Below, piece after piece: positions 50,586-63,416 of a stretch of DNA of 64,000 nt. Where the stretch lies: NCBI GenBank assembly GCA_963822965.1, contig CAWGJT010000012.1, positions 288,001-352,000 on the forward strand. The letters run 5' to 3'. This stretch comes from an uncultured delta proteobacterium (lineage in GTDB: Bacteria > Myxococcota_A > UBA9160 > UBA4427). The notes under the pieces are model-generated. The model saw only the letters and a list, made by a program, of their open reading frames with translations. It had not been told where the DNA came from and ran no database searches. Within the stretch, counting starts at the first letter, position 1, and each line of letters starts with the position of its first letter. A program made the position numbers and the translations under genes.

Positions 50586-51665
50586 TTGGCCCGACCCCTC
50601 GGCACGATTCTCGATGCGGTCCTGGACGGGGTCGTGGTGATCGACGGCGAGGGCCGCGTGGAGATCCTCAACGCCGAGGCGAGCCGGATCCTGGGGGCGT
50701 CCACCGCCAGCGCCGCCGGCAGCCCCTTCGACGACCTGCTGGGCGCGACGCATCCGATCAGCGCCATCACCCGATCGGTGCGCGAGACGGGCCGCTCGGC
50801 GATCGCCGACGAGGTGCCCATCGAGCGACGCTTCTCCGAGCCCCTGGTGGCCGACGCGGCGGTGGCTCCGCTGTTCGACGACGGCGGAACGCCCGGGGGC
50901 GTCGTCATCGTGCTGCGGGATCGAACGATCCAGAACTCCCTGCGCGACGCATCGACCCAGCGCGAGAAGCTCGCCTCCTACGGGCACATCGCCGCGGGCA
51001 TCGCGCACGAGGTCAAGAACCCGCTGAGCGGCATCCGCGGCGCCGCGGAGCTGATCGAGCAGCGGGCCGAGGACGATCGCACGCGACGCACCGCGGGACT
51101 GATCGTGCGCGAGGTGGACCGCATCAGCGCGCTGGTGGACGAGCTGATGGTGTTCGCCAAAGGCGAGCAGCTCGACCGCAAGCTCGCGAACCTGCACCGG
51201 GTGCTCGACCAGGTGCTGGAGCTCGTCGCCGCCGAGCCCCTGGCGGAGAAGGTCCACATCGAGCGGGTCTACGATCCCTCCATTCCCGAGCTGATGGCGG
51301 ACGAGAGCCGGCTCACCCAGATCTTCCTGAATCTCGCCCGCAACGCCCTGCAGGCCATGGGGAGCGAGGGAGGCACGCTCGTGGTGAGGACCCGCGTCTC
51401 GGTGGATCACCGACTCCCGGGCGTCGACGGCCGACTGCTGCCGGCGGTCGTCATCGAGTTCTGCGACGACGGACCCGGCATCTCGCCAGACGACGTGAAG
51501 CGGCTGGCGACCCCGTTCTTCACCACCAAGCAGAAGGGCACCGGGCTCGGCCTGGCCGTCGCGAGACACTGGGCGTCCGAGCACGGCGGCACCCTGGACG
51601 TGCGCAGCCGTCTGGGCCACGGCACGACGGTGCGCGTCTCCCTGCCCCTCCGAACCAAGGCCTGA
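50586..51665 (+). CDS. ntrB: PAS-domain sensor histidine kinase, NtrB-like
   Basis: PAS, AHEVKNPLSGIRGAAEL, YDPSIP, NLARNALQA, DDGPG, PFFTTK..GTGLGL. Confidence 0.85.
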   Translation: MARPLGTILDAVLDGVVVIDGEGRVEILNAEASRILGASTASAAGSPFDDLLGATHPISAITRSVRETGRSAIADEVPIERRFSEPLVADAAVAPLFDDGGTPGGVVIVLRDRTIQNSLRDASTQREKLASYGHIAAGIAHEVKNPLSGIRGAAELIEQRAEDDRTRRTAGLIVREVDRISALVDELMVFAKGEQLDRKLANLHRVLDQVLELVAAEPLAEKVHIERVYDPSIPELMADESRLTQIFLNLARNALQAMGSEGGTLVVRTRVSVDHRLPGVDGRLLPAVVIEFCDDGPGISPDDVKRLATPFFTTKQKGTGLGLAVARHWASEHGGTLDVRSRLGHGTTVRVSLPLRTKA

Positions 51666-51715
51666 ACGCCGCGGCGTCCCGCGCGCGTACGAGCGAAAAC
51701 GGAAGCGAGAGAAGC

Positions 51716-53162
<1,447 letters not shown>

Positions 53163-53166
<4 letters not shown>

Positions 53167-53837
53167 CCGCACGGGCGACGCGCGCGCCGCACGGAAGCAC
53201 GCCGCGGGGCGCCGCCTTCCACGGCCTGCACGTGCTGGCCGACGACGATCCGCGCTGGGGGCGCGACCCGGTGGAGCAGGCGCGCCTGGCCTGCGCGGGC
53301 GGGGCGGCCGTCGTGCAGCTGCGGGCGAAGCACGCCACGGACGCGTGCGCGTTGGCGTGGGGCCGCGCCATCCGCGCGCTGTGCGACGCCCACGGCGCGC
53401 GCTTCGTGGTGAACGACCGCTTCGACCTGGCCCTGGCCTGCCGGGCGGACGCCGTCCACCTGGGCCAGACCGACCTGCCGCCCCGGGCCCTGCCGGCGGC
53501 CGTGCGGGCGCAGCTCGCCGTCGGACGCTCCACCCACGACGTCGCCCAGGCCCGGGCGGCCTGTGACGAGGACGTGGACTACGTGGCCTTCGGCCCGCTC
53601 TTCGCCACGGCGTCGAAGGAGACGGGATACGAGGCTCGCGGCCTGGACCGGCTCGCAGAGATCGTGTCCATCGTGTCCCCCCGGCCCGTGGTGGCGATCG
53701 GGGGAATCGATGCGCGGCGCATCGATTCCGTGATGGCTGCGGGCGCGGCCGGAGCGGCGGTGATCGCGGCGGTGGTCGGCGCGGACGACCCCGAGGCGGC
53801 CACCCGCGAGCTCGTGACGCACCTGGAGGACGCGTGA
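53163..53837 (+). CDS. thiE: Thiamine-phosphate synthase
   Basis: VQLRAK, VND, VHLGQTD, GRSTH, GPLFATASK, VAIGGI. Confidence 0.93.
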
Positions 53838-55065
53838 CCGATCCGGGGCTGCGGCTCGTCTCGGCGCTGGGCTTCGCGTGCATGATCGGCCTCGCGTGGC
53901 TCGCGTCTTCGGACCGCCGCGCCTTTCCGGGCCGCACGGTGGCCTGGGGCGTCGGCGTGCAGCTCGCGCTCGGCCTGCTGCTGCTGCGCAGCCCGTTCGG
54001 GCACGGCTTCTTCGGGGCGGTGAACGGCGTCGTCGAACGCTTCCTCCACTACACCGACGCCGGAACCCGCTTCGTCTTCGGTCCCCTGATGGATACGGGC
54101 TTCTCGTTCGCCCTGAACGTGCTGCCCGTGATCATCTTCATGGGATCGTTCTTCGCCGTGCTCTATCACCTGGGCCTGGTGCAGCGGGTGGTGGACGCCA
54201 TGGCCTGGGCGTTGGCCCGGACGATGCGGCTCTCGGGCGCCGAGAGCCTGGCCGCGGTGGCGAACATCTTCGTGGGCATGATCGAGTCGGGTCTCGTGGT
54301 GAAGCCGTACCTGGCGGCCATGACCCGTTCCGAGCTCTTCAGCCTGATGACCCTGGGAATGGCGACGGTGGCCGGGTCGGTGCTGCTCTCCTACGTGAGC
54401 CTCCTCGGCGGCGGGGACTTCGCCGGGCACCTGGTCACGGCGAGCCTGCTCTCCGCCCCGGCGGGGCTGCTCGATCGCCAAGGTGATGGTGCCGGAGAGC
54501 GGGCAGCCGGTCGACCGCCCAGGGGACCGAAGAGCCGCATCGAGATGGACTCGGTCAACGTGATCGACGCCGCCGCCACGGGGGCGCTCAACGGATTGCG
54601 GCTGGCCGCCTACGTGGGCACGATGCTGGTGGCGTTCGTGGCGCTGATCGCCCTGGGAAACGACCTGCTGGCGACGGTGGGCGGCTGGGTGGGCGTGCCG
54701 GATCTCACCCTGCAGCGGGTGCTCGGGGTGGCCCTGGCGCCGCTGGCCTGGCTGATGGGCATTCCGTGGGAGGACGCGCCGAAGGTGGGCGCCATGCTGG
54801 GCATGAAGACGATCCTCAACGAGTTCATCGCCTACCAGGAGCTGGGAAGCGCGATCGCCGACGGCGCCATCGGCCAGCGGGCCGCGGTGATCGCCTCGTA
54901 TGCGCTCTGCGGCTTCGCGAACTTCGGCTCCCTTGCGATCCTGCTGGGCGGTCTGGGGGGCATGGCGCCGGAGAGGCGCCACGACGTGGCGCAGCTCGGC
55001 ATCCGCTCCATCGTCGGCGGTACCCTGGCCACCATGATGACCGGCTGCGTGGCGGGGATGCTGCT

Positions 55066-55069
<4 letters not shown>
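53834..55069 (+). CDS. nupC: NupC/CNT family nucleoside transporter (three extra bases at 54473-54529 locally scramble the frame)
   Basis: [42 protein letters not shown]. Confidence 0.9.
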
Positions 55070-57020
<1,951 letters not shown>

Positions 57021-57024
<4 letters not shown>

Positions 57025-57216
57025 TGTCCTGAGTCAGAAGTTCGGCGTCGGATCCGCTCGATGGCGGCTCGTCTCGATCGCACCGAGGCCGCCCGTGCGG
57101 CCCGCCGACAAGGCGCGCGACCGAGGCATAGCCGAGCTACGGTGACGGGAGCGCAACGCAGCCGGCGGGCCGCACGGGCGGCCGAATGCCGGCGAACTTC
57201 TGACTCAGGACACTAG
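57021..57216. mobile_element. 196-bp CTAG-bounded element (MITE-like or structured RNA), copy B
   Basis: Perfect 24-bp terminal inverted repeats CTAGTGTCCTGAGTCAGAAGTTCG; left CTAG overlaps the upstream stop; core shared with 37389-37565. Confidence 0.7.
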
Positions 57217-57318
57217 CAGCGGCGGCGGGCCGGGAGCGGGGTCTTGCAATCCCGCGGCGCTTCGGATCCAATTGAGCGCCCGCCGACCCCCCTACGGATC
57301 GGCGACCCGGGAGGAGCC

Positions 57319-57708
57319 ATGGCACACCAATTCCTGTCCGACGGCTGGTTCGAGGAGGCCGAGCGGATTCGCGCCGAGATCGACCCGCCGGTTCCGGCGA
57401 TGATCCAGGATCTCGTCATCAACCTGGTCGTCAAGAACGGGCCCGGGGGAGACATCGAGGCCAAGATGTCGGGCGGTCGCTTCCTGAAGGGCCTGGCCGC
57501 CGACGCGCCGACGAAATTGACCGTCCCCTACGACATCGCCCACAAGATGTTCATCGAGCAGGACCCGCAGGCCTCCATGCAGGCCTTCATGAGCGGTCAG
57601 ATCCAGGTCGAGGGGGACATGAGCAAGATCATGGCCATGCAGGCGGCGGGACCGCCCAGCCCCGAGGCCCTGCAGGTGCAGAGCCGAATCAAGGAGATGA
57701 CCGAGTAG
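57319..57708 (+). CDS. SCP2 sterol/lipid-binding domain protein
   Basis: FLSDGW N-terminus; MQAFMSGQIQVEGDMSKIM; GGAGG RBS. Confidence 0.88.
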   Translation: MAHQFLSDGWFEEAERIRAEIDPPVPAMIQDLVINLVVKNGPGGDIEAKMSGGRFLKGLAADAPTKLTVPYDIAHKMFIEQDPQASMQAFMSGQIQVEGDMSKIMAMQAAGPPSPEALQVQSRIKEMTE

Positions 57709-58600
57709 GCCCGCCGGGCACCTCGCCGACGGCTGCCAGCAGCCGTCGCGGGCCCACGGCGCGCAGGCGCGCCAGCGCGTCGTCGTCGCGCACCAGCAGG
57801 GACCCGGCGAACCCCATGGCGTTCACCGAGATCCCCTGCCAGCGGTCGCGGCTGCGCGGCACCACGAGCATGCGGCGGCGCGTGACCAGCAGGTTGTAGG
57901 GACGGGTCTCGGCTCCCACCTCCAGGGACAGCTCTTCCAGCAGCCGGCGGTAGGCCGCGTGCAGCGCGTCGCCAGCTCCTTCCGGCGCATCGCCCCCTGG
58001 CGCCGCGCTCTCCAGCGCGACCTGTCCGAAGACGAAGTCCGAGGCGTCGGACGCGAAGAGCGGCTCGGTGGGCAGGCCCGGCGCGGGACCCGCGGTGGCG
58101 GCGGCGCCGAACGGCAGGGGAACGAGCTGCAGGTGCTTGTGGGACTGGCTCGCGCCGGCCGCGGGGCCGGCGTTGTAGAAGCCCAGCCCGTCGATCTGCC
58201 GCATGCACGCGCAGAGCGCCGCGAAGTCCTCGCGGGTGAGCCGGGCCTGCTGGGGCTCGAAGCGGCGGGTCACCACCAGCAGGTGGTCTTCGACGACCGG
58301 GTACTTGTTGAGCAGCACGGCGTGGGACGCCGAGACGTCCGCCACGAAGAGGTCGTCCTCGTAGGGCGGCAGGAAGGGATCGCGCCCCGGCGGGTCCGAC
58401 GCGCGGGCGCGCCGGGGCTTGCGATCGAGCCCGCGCAGCACCCGGACCGAGAAGGGCACCCCGCCGTCCTCCACGAGGCACCGCTCGGTCGCGATCGGCT
58501 GCAGATCTCCCGAGCCCAGCGCGCGCTCCCGCTGTCGCCTCGCCCGGGCGATCAGCTCGCCGGGCCGGGGCGCGTCGGACGAGGCGGACCGGAGCGTCAT
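57689..58600 (-). CDS. ATP adenylyltransferase / Ap4A phosphorylase II (HIT-like)
   Basis: DPFLPPYE, LLNKYPV...HLL, FYNAG..AGASQSHKHLQ (HxHxQ), NAMGFAGSL. Confidence 0.9.
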   Translation of the reverse strand: MTLRSASSDAPRPGELIARARRQRERALGSGDLQPIATERCLVEDGGVPFSVRVLRGLDRKPRRARASDPPGRDPFLPPYEDDLFVADVSASHAVLLNKYPVVEDHLLVVTRRFEPQQARLTREDFAALCACMRQIDGLGFYNAGPAAGASQSHKHLQLVPLPFGAAATAGPAPGLPTEPLFASDASDFVFGQVALESAAPGGDAPEGAGDALHAAYRRLLEELSLEVGAETRPYNLLVTRRRMLVVPRSRDRWQGISVNAMGFAGSLLVRDDDALARLRAVGPRRLLAAVGEVPGGPTRSSP

Positions 58601-58663
58601 GGCGGGGCAGTCTATCCCGGGGACGCACGATCGCTAAGCTGCGGGCCTCCAGGAGGCCACCGC

Positions 58664-59602
58664 ATGCGCTTCGACAATCGCGTCACCAGGATGCTCGGCG
58701 TCGAGTTCCCCATCGTCCAGGCGCCGATGGGCTGGATCGCACGCTCCCAGCTCGCGTCGGCGGTCTCCAACGCCGGCGCCCTCGGCATCATCGAGACCTC
58801 TTCGGGCGAGCTCGACGTGGTGAAGCAGGAAATCCGCAAGATGAAGGACCTGACCGACCGGCCCTTCGGCGTGAACATCGCCCAGGCGTTCGTGCGGGAT
58901 CCGAACATCGTCGACTTCGTGATCGAGCAGGGGGTGCGTTTCGTCACCACCTCCGCGGGCAGCCCGACGAAGTACACCGCGTCGCTCAAGGCGGCGGGCC
59001 TGACGGTCTTCCACGTGGTGCCGACCCTGAAGGGGGCCCTCAAGGCGGTGGAGGCCGGGGTCGACGGGCTGATCGTCGAGGGCGGCGAGGGGGGCGGCTT
59101 CAAGAACCCCCGGGACGTCTCGAGCATGGTGCTGCTGCCCCTCGTCCGGTCGAAGGTCGGCGTCCCCATCATCGCCGCCGGCGGCATGCTCGACGGCGCC
59201 ACCATGGCGGCGGCGTTCGCCCTGGGCGCCGAGGGCGTGCAGATGGGAACGCGCATGGTGTCCTCGGCGGAGTCGCCGGTTCACGAGAACTGGAAGAACG
59301 CCATCGTCGCCGCCGAGGAGACCGACACCATCTTCCTGAACCGCCGCTTCGGCCCCGGCCTGCGGGCTCTGCGCACCGAGCGCAGCGAGTCTCTCGAGTA
59401 CGCCGAGCAGAACGTCATGGGTGAGTTCGGTCGCGCCATGGACCTCTACTTCGGTGGCGACATGAACGCGGCCATCGCCCTCACCGGGCAGGTAGCCGGA
59501 CGCATCGATTCCGTGCGTCCGGTGGCCGACGTGATCCGCGAGACCGCGAAGGAGTTCTTCGAGGTGCTCGACGGCCTCGCCGACGCCTACCTGCGCGGGT
59601 AG
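58664..59602 (+). CDS. Nitronate monooxygenase / FabK-like flavoprotein
   Basis: PIVQAPMG, PFGVN, EGGEGGG, IIAAGG, GVQMGTR, GQVAG. Confidence 0.9.
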   Translation: MRFDNRVTRMLGVEFPIVQAPMGWIARSQLASAVSNAGALGIIETSSGELDVVKQEIRKMKDLTDRPFGVNIAQAFVRDPNIVDFVIEQGVRFVTTSAGSPTKYTASLKAAGLTVFHVVPTLKGALKAVEAGVDGLIVEGGEGGGFKNPRDVSSMVLLPLVRSKVGVPIIAAGGMLDGATMAAAFALGAEGVQMGTRMVSSAESPVHENWKNAIVAAEETDTIFLNRRFGPGLRALRTERSESLEYAEQNVMGEFGRAMDLYFGGDMNAAIALTGQVAGRIDSVRPVADVIRETAKEFFEVLDGLADAYLRG

Positions 59603-59644
59603 GCCCGCGGCAAGGACCGGCCGCGGGCTGGCGTGAGGGCTGCG

Positions 59645-59872
59645 GAGCCCTCAGCCCCGAAGAGAGCCCTCAGCCCCCAAGAGAGCCCTCAGCCCCCAAG
59701 AGAGCCCTCAGCCCCCAAGAGAGCCCTCAGCCCCCAAGAGAGCCCTCAGCCCCCAAGAGAGCCCTCAGCCCCCAAGAGAGCCCTCAGCCCCCAAGAGAGC
59801 CCTCAGCCCCCAAGAGAGCCCTCAGCCCCCAAGAGAGCCCTCAGCCCCCGAAAGAGCCCTCGGCCCCCAAAA
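59645..59872. repeat. Intergenic 19-bp tandem array GAGCCCTCAGCCCCCAAGA x12
   Basis: 228 bp = 12 units; 9 identical internal units; first and last two units are variants. Confidence 0.97.
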
Positions 59873-59874
59873 TA

Positions 59875-60052
59875 GGCGGCCAGCTCGCAGTGCCGGCAGC
59901 CGCTCCGCGTGAAGAGGCTGATCTGGGGGACCGGCCGGGCCTCGGGGTCGAGGTAGCGGAGCATCGTGTCCGCGTCCGATACCTCGTAGGGGTCTCCCTC
60001 GACCTGGGGCTCCGAGAAGATCTTCTCGATGACGCCGTCCCGGGCCAGCATC
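59875..60052 (-). pseudogene. Internal fragment of a hybrid peroxiredoxin-glutaredoxin (Prx5/Grx)
   Basis: [13 protein letters not shown]...[15 protein letters not shown] linker followed by Grx FTRSGCRHC; both ends missing. Confidence 0.75.
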
Positions 60053-60235
60053 ACCCTGCTGCCCGAGTCCGCCGTCGAGGTCGAGCTGCGGGGCAGCCCG
60101 GAGCTGGTCACCCGACCCTTCCGCAAGCCGGTCCCCCACCGCACCATCGGGCTCGCCTGGCGAAGCACCTCCCCACGAGGGGAGGAGTTCGAGCTCCTGG
60201 GCGACGAAATGCGCCGGCGGCCCCCGGATCGCTGA
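60048..60235 (+). pseudogene. oxyR: 3' fragment of an OxyR-like LysR regulator
   Basis: ITLLPE.AV..E...[24 protein letters not shown] matches the OxyR C-terminus; no N-terminus. Confidence 0.7.
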
Positions 60236-60289
60236 TAAGCTCCAGGCTCGCCGCCGGTGCCTCCGGCGAGCGCCTCCAGGAGACCCCAC

Positions 60290-61438
60290 ATGTCGAGCGA
60301 GACCCCCGTCCACGGCCACTGCGACCCGCGCTTCGGCGCCGTGCGCGAGACCTTCGAGGCGGCCTTCGCCAGCGGCGCGGAGATCGGCGCGGCCTGCTCG
60401 GTGGTGCACGACGGCGAGGTCGTGGTCGACCTCTGGGGTGGCTTCCGGGACGGGGGACGCAGCCAGCCGTGGCAGCGGGACACCCTGGTCAACGTCTTCT
60501 CCACCACCAAGGGGATGACGGCGCTGTGCGTCCACCGGCTCGTGGACGAGGGGCGGCTCGACCTCGACGAGACGGTCGCGCACTACTGGCCCGAGTTCGC
60601 CCAGGCCGGAAAGGGCTCGATCACCCTGCGGCAGCTCATCAGCCACCAGGCGGGTCTCCCCGCCATTCGCCAGCCGCTTCCCCAGGAGGCCCTCTTCGAC
60701 TGGCACCGCATGACCGACGCCCTGGCCGCCGAGGAGACCTGGTGGGATCCGGGCACGAAGCACGGCTACCACGCGGTCACGTTCGGGTGGCTTCTGGGCG
60801 AGGTCGTCCGCCGCGTCACGGGCCTTTCGCTCGGCAGCTTCTTCGCGAAGGAGGTCGCCGAGCCCCTGGGCGCGGACTTCTTCATCGGCTTCGGCCCCGA
60901 GCTGGACGCGCGCGTGGCCCCCCTCGTGCAGGGCCCGATCTCCATGGGCGACGGTCCGAACCTGTTCCTCGAGATGATCCAGAATCCCGAGGGCATGACC
61001 GCCAAGGCGTTCAACAACCCGCCGCTCCTCGGCGACGGCGTCGCCAACTCCCGGGCCTGGCGGGCCGCGGAGATCCCCGCCGCCAACGGCCACGCCTCGG
61101 CGGCCGCGCTCGCGCGCATCTACGGCGAGCTCGCCGCCGGCCGCCTGCTCTCCCCGCACACCCGCGACGCCGCGCGCGAGTGCCAGGCGGAGGGAGACGA
61201 CGCGGTGCTGCCCCTGAAGACCAAGATCGCCTGTGGCTTCATGCTGGCGCCGGACAGCGAGCCCTGCGGCCCGAACCCGAGAGCCTTCAACCACGCCGGC
61301 GCCGGCGGGTCCCTGGGCTACTGCGATCCCGAGGCGCGGCTCGGGCTGGGCTACGTGATGAACCACATGCACATGGGCGCGTGGCTGGTGGATCCGCGGG
61401 CGCGCGCCCTGGTGGACGCGGCCTACCGGGGGCTCTGA
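60290..61438 (+). CDS. Serine hydrolase (beta-lactamase/EstA-like family)
   Basis: FSTTK (SxxK), [32 protein letters not shown]. Confidence 0.9.
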   Translation: MSSETPVHGHCDPRFGAVRETFEAAFASGAEIGAACSVVHDGEVVVDLWGGFRDGGRSQPWQRDTLVNVFSTTKGMTALCVHRLVDEGRLDLDETVAHYWPEFAQAGKGSITLRQLISHQAGLPAIRQPLPQEALFDWHRMTDALAAEETWWDPGTKHGYHAVTFGWLLGEVVRRVTGLSLGSFFAKEVAEPLGADFFIGFGPELDARVAPLVQGPISMGDGPNLFLEMIQNPEGMTAKAFNNPPLLGDGVANSRAWRAAEIPAANGHASAAALARIYGELAAGRLLSPHTRDAARECQAEGDDAVLPLKTKIACGFMLAPDSEPCGPNPRAFNHAGAGGSLGYCDPEARLGLGYVMNHMHMGAWLVDPRARALVDAAYRGL

Positions 61439-61463
61439 CCGCTCTCGCGCTTCCGGCGACCGC

Positions 61464-62168
61464 TCAGTCCCAGTCCCCGCGCTCTCGCGCCCGGCGCTCG
61501 ACACTCTCGAGATAGCCCGCCAGGTGGATGCCGTCGCTGCCGTCGAAGACGTCCTCCAGGACCAGCACGTCGCGCATGCGATCCGGCCGGAAGCTCCGGT
61601 AGTCGCCGCGAAACTCGCACCAGGCCGCGAGGGTCCACTTGGTGCCCCAGAAGTAGAGCGCCAGCGGCCGTACGGTGCGCTGGCTCTCGGCGCCGTCGGC
61701 CCGGGTGTAGCCGAAGCGCACGGGGCGATGCTCGCCGACGGCGCGCCGCAGCACCGCCAGCTCGGCGGTCATCGCGGCGGTGCTCGGCCGGCCCGGAGCG
61801 AAGAGCGCCGTCTCCAGGAGCACGCGACGCAGCGGCTCGGGCAGCACGGCCTCGATCTTCGTCATGGCGCTGCGCACGGCATCGGCGAGGGCCGCGTCGC
61901 CCCAGGACGCGACGATGCGCGCCCCGAGCACGAGGCTCTCGATCTCCTGGGAGTTGAAGGTGAGCGGCGGCAGCTCGAAGCCCCGATCGATCCGGTATCC
62001 GACGCCCGCTTCGCCCTGGATGGGGACGCCGGATCCCTGCAGGTCCGCGATGTCGCGATAGACCGTGCGTTTGGAGACACCCAGCTCGTCGGCGATCTGC
62101 TGTCCCGTCGCGAAGCGACGCGAACGCAGCACCTGCACGAGCTGGAAGAGCCGATCGGCGCGCCGCAT
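61464..62168 (-). CDS. YafY-family HTH-WYL transcriptional regulator
   Basis: MRRADRLFQLVQVLR, VSKRTVYRDI, GEAGVGY, W.L.AWC..R.DYRSFRPDR. Confidence 0.93.
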   Translation of the reverse strand: MRRADRLFQLVQVLRSRRFATGQQIADELGVSKRTVYRDIADLQGSGVPIQGEAGVGYRIDRGFELPPLTFNSQEIESLVLGARIVASWGDAALADAVRSAMTKIEAVLPEPLRRVLLETALFAPGRPSTAAMTAELAVLRRAVGEHRPVRFGYTRADGAESQRTVRPLALYFWGTKWTLAAWCEFRGDYRSFRPDRMRDVLVLEDVFDGSDGIHLAGYLESVERRARERGDWD

Positions 62169-62303
62169 GGAAGGGGGACCTGCCTGCTGGGAGTGGGCGG
62201 ACCGAGGCCCACCACCGAGGATGGATCGGGAGCCCCATGGTACCCGTTGCTCGCCATCTGCGACGTGCCGATCGGACCACACGCCCCGAAGCCTACCCCC
62301 GGG

Positions 62304-62327
62304 CTGCTGACACCGTGGCGTCAGCGG
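62304..62327. promoter_or_regulatory. Candidate YafY/WYL operator GCTGAC-N8-GTCAGC
   Basis: TGACA-N6-CGTCA dyad about 140 bp upstream of the WYL gene. Confidence 0.55.
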
Positions 62328-62387
62328 AGTCGAGGGAGTCGCGAACGAGTCGTGGACCCGGGTCGAAGGGCGGCGGACTCGCCGGCG

Positions 62388-63416
62388 TCAGGCAGCGTCC
62401 TCGAGCGCGAGGAAGCGCTCCAGGATGCGCTCCCCGTCCGGGTGCCGGAGGATGCGCTCGGTCAGCAGCCGCCGGCTCTCCGCCGCGGCGAGCTTCGGCT
62501 GCTCGACCGTCGCCCAGTGGACGATGCGCTTCCAGGCACCGTCGATGAGCTCCCGTCCCGCGATCCGACCGCCGTCCACCGTCCGGAAGTGGACGTCGCG
62601 CAGCTCGCCGAGGTAGAGGCGCAGCGAGCGCACGTGGATCTCCTCGTCGCTGCGGATGCGACCGACCACGACCGCGGCCTCCTCGGCCTGCTCCCGCCGA
62701 TCCACGAAGAGCTCGGGATCGCGCAGGAGCCGCTCGCTGAACGAGAAGCCGATCTCGGCGCGGAACTCGATCAACAGCAGGTTCATCAGGAACATGATCG
62801 TCTGCTCGTAGGGCGGCGGGATCTGCGGCATCTCCGGACGGGCGGCCTCGGGCCGGCCGATGCGCTCGGGCACCACCGGCTCGGGGAAGTCCGTGTCCCC
62901 GAACGCCAGGTCCCGTAGCGCGAACCACATCACGTCGTGGCCCCCGATGCCCCGGGCGGGCTCGCCGCCTTCATCGACGCCGTGCGCCCACAGGAGTCCC
63001 TTGCCCAGATGGCCGATCCCCATCTCGGAGACGTCCTCGACCACGATCTTCTGGAAGTCGGGGAACGTGATCTCCGCCAGCAGGCGGCCTCGGGCCTCGA
63101 TCATCCCGGTGATGGTGAGATTGTTCCAGAAGGTCTGCCCCAGCCCCTCCTGGAGCAGCAGCTTCTGCTGCGCTTCGTTGGGGTAGCGGACGCCTCCCAG
63201 CAACGAGGAATCGGCATCGAGCAGGTCCCCGCCCCGGGCGCGGAGGGCCTCGGTCCAGGCGTCGATCGCCGGGCCGCGGACCAGGGACCGCGGGGGCAGG
63301 TAGCGACCCGACTCGTCGAAGCCCCCGTGCAGGCGATGGCCGGCGATCACGTGGGGTCGCGCGTAGTCGTGCGACCGGCACAGCTCCTCGGCGGTGTAGG
63401 CGAGCTGCGTGCTCAT
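62388..63416 (-). CDS. Uncharacterised ferritin-like (putative diiron) protein
   Basis: Helical; MIEARG, HGVDEGG...GH, LIEFRAE, IRSDEEIH candidate ligand motifs; ATGA overlap with TetR. Confidence 0.6.
   Translation of the reverse strand: MSTQLAYTAEELCRSHDYARPHVIAGHRLHGGFDESGRYLPPRSLVRGPAIDAWTEALRARGGDLLDADSSLLGGVRYPNEAQQKLLLQEGLGQTFWNNLTITGMIEARGRLLAEITFPDFQKIVVEDVSEMGIGHLGKGLLWAHGVDEGGEPARGIGGHDVMWFALRDLAFGDTDFPEPVVPERIGRPEAARPEMPQIPPPYEQTIMFLMNLLLIEFRAEIGFSFSERLLRDPELFVDRREQAEEAAVVVGRIRSDEEIHVRSLRLYLGELRDVHFRTVDGGRIAGRELIDGAWKRIVHWATVEQPKLAAAESRRLLTERILRHPDGERILERFLALEDAA

Noticed and set aside
59645..59872. 19-bp array as CRISPR, or the 80-aa repeat ORF 59633-59875 as a gene
   Set aside because: Head-to-tail units without spacers; the period is not a multiple of 3 and the ORF merely reflects the absence of stops in the unit.
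60257..61438. Beta-lactam resistance gene
   Set aside because: SxxK is present but there is no signal peptide and the motifs fit cytoplasmic EstA-like esterases.
61464..62168. WYL protein as a marker of a defence island
   Set aside because: It is the short YafY type and no defence genes are adjacent.
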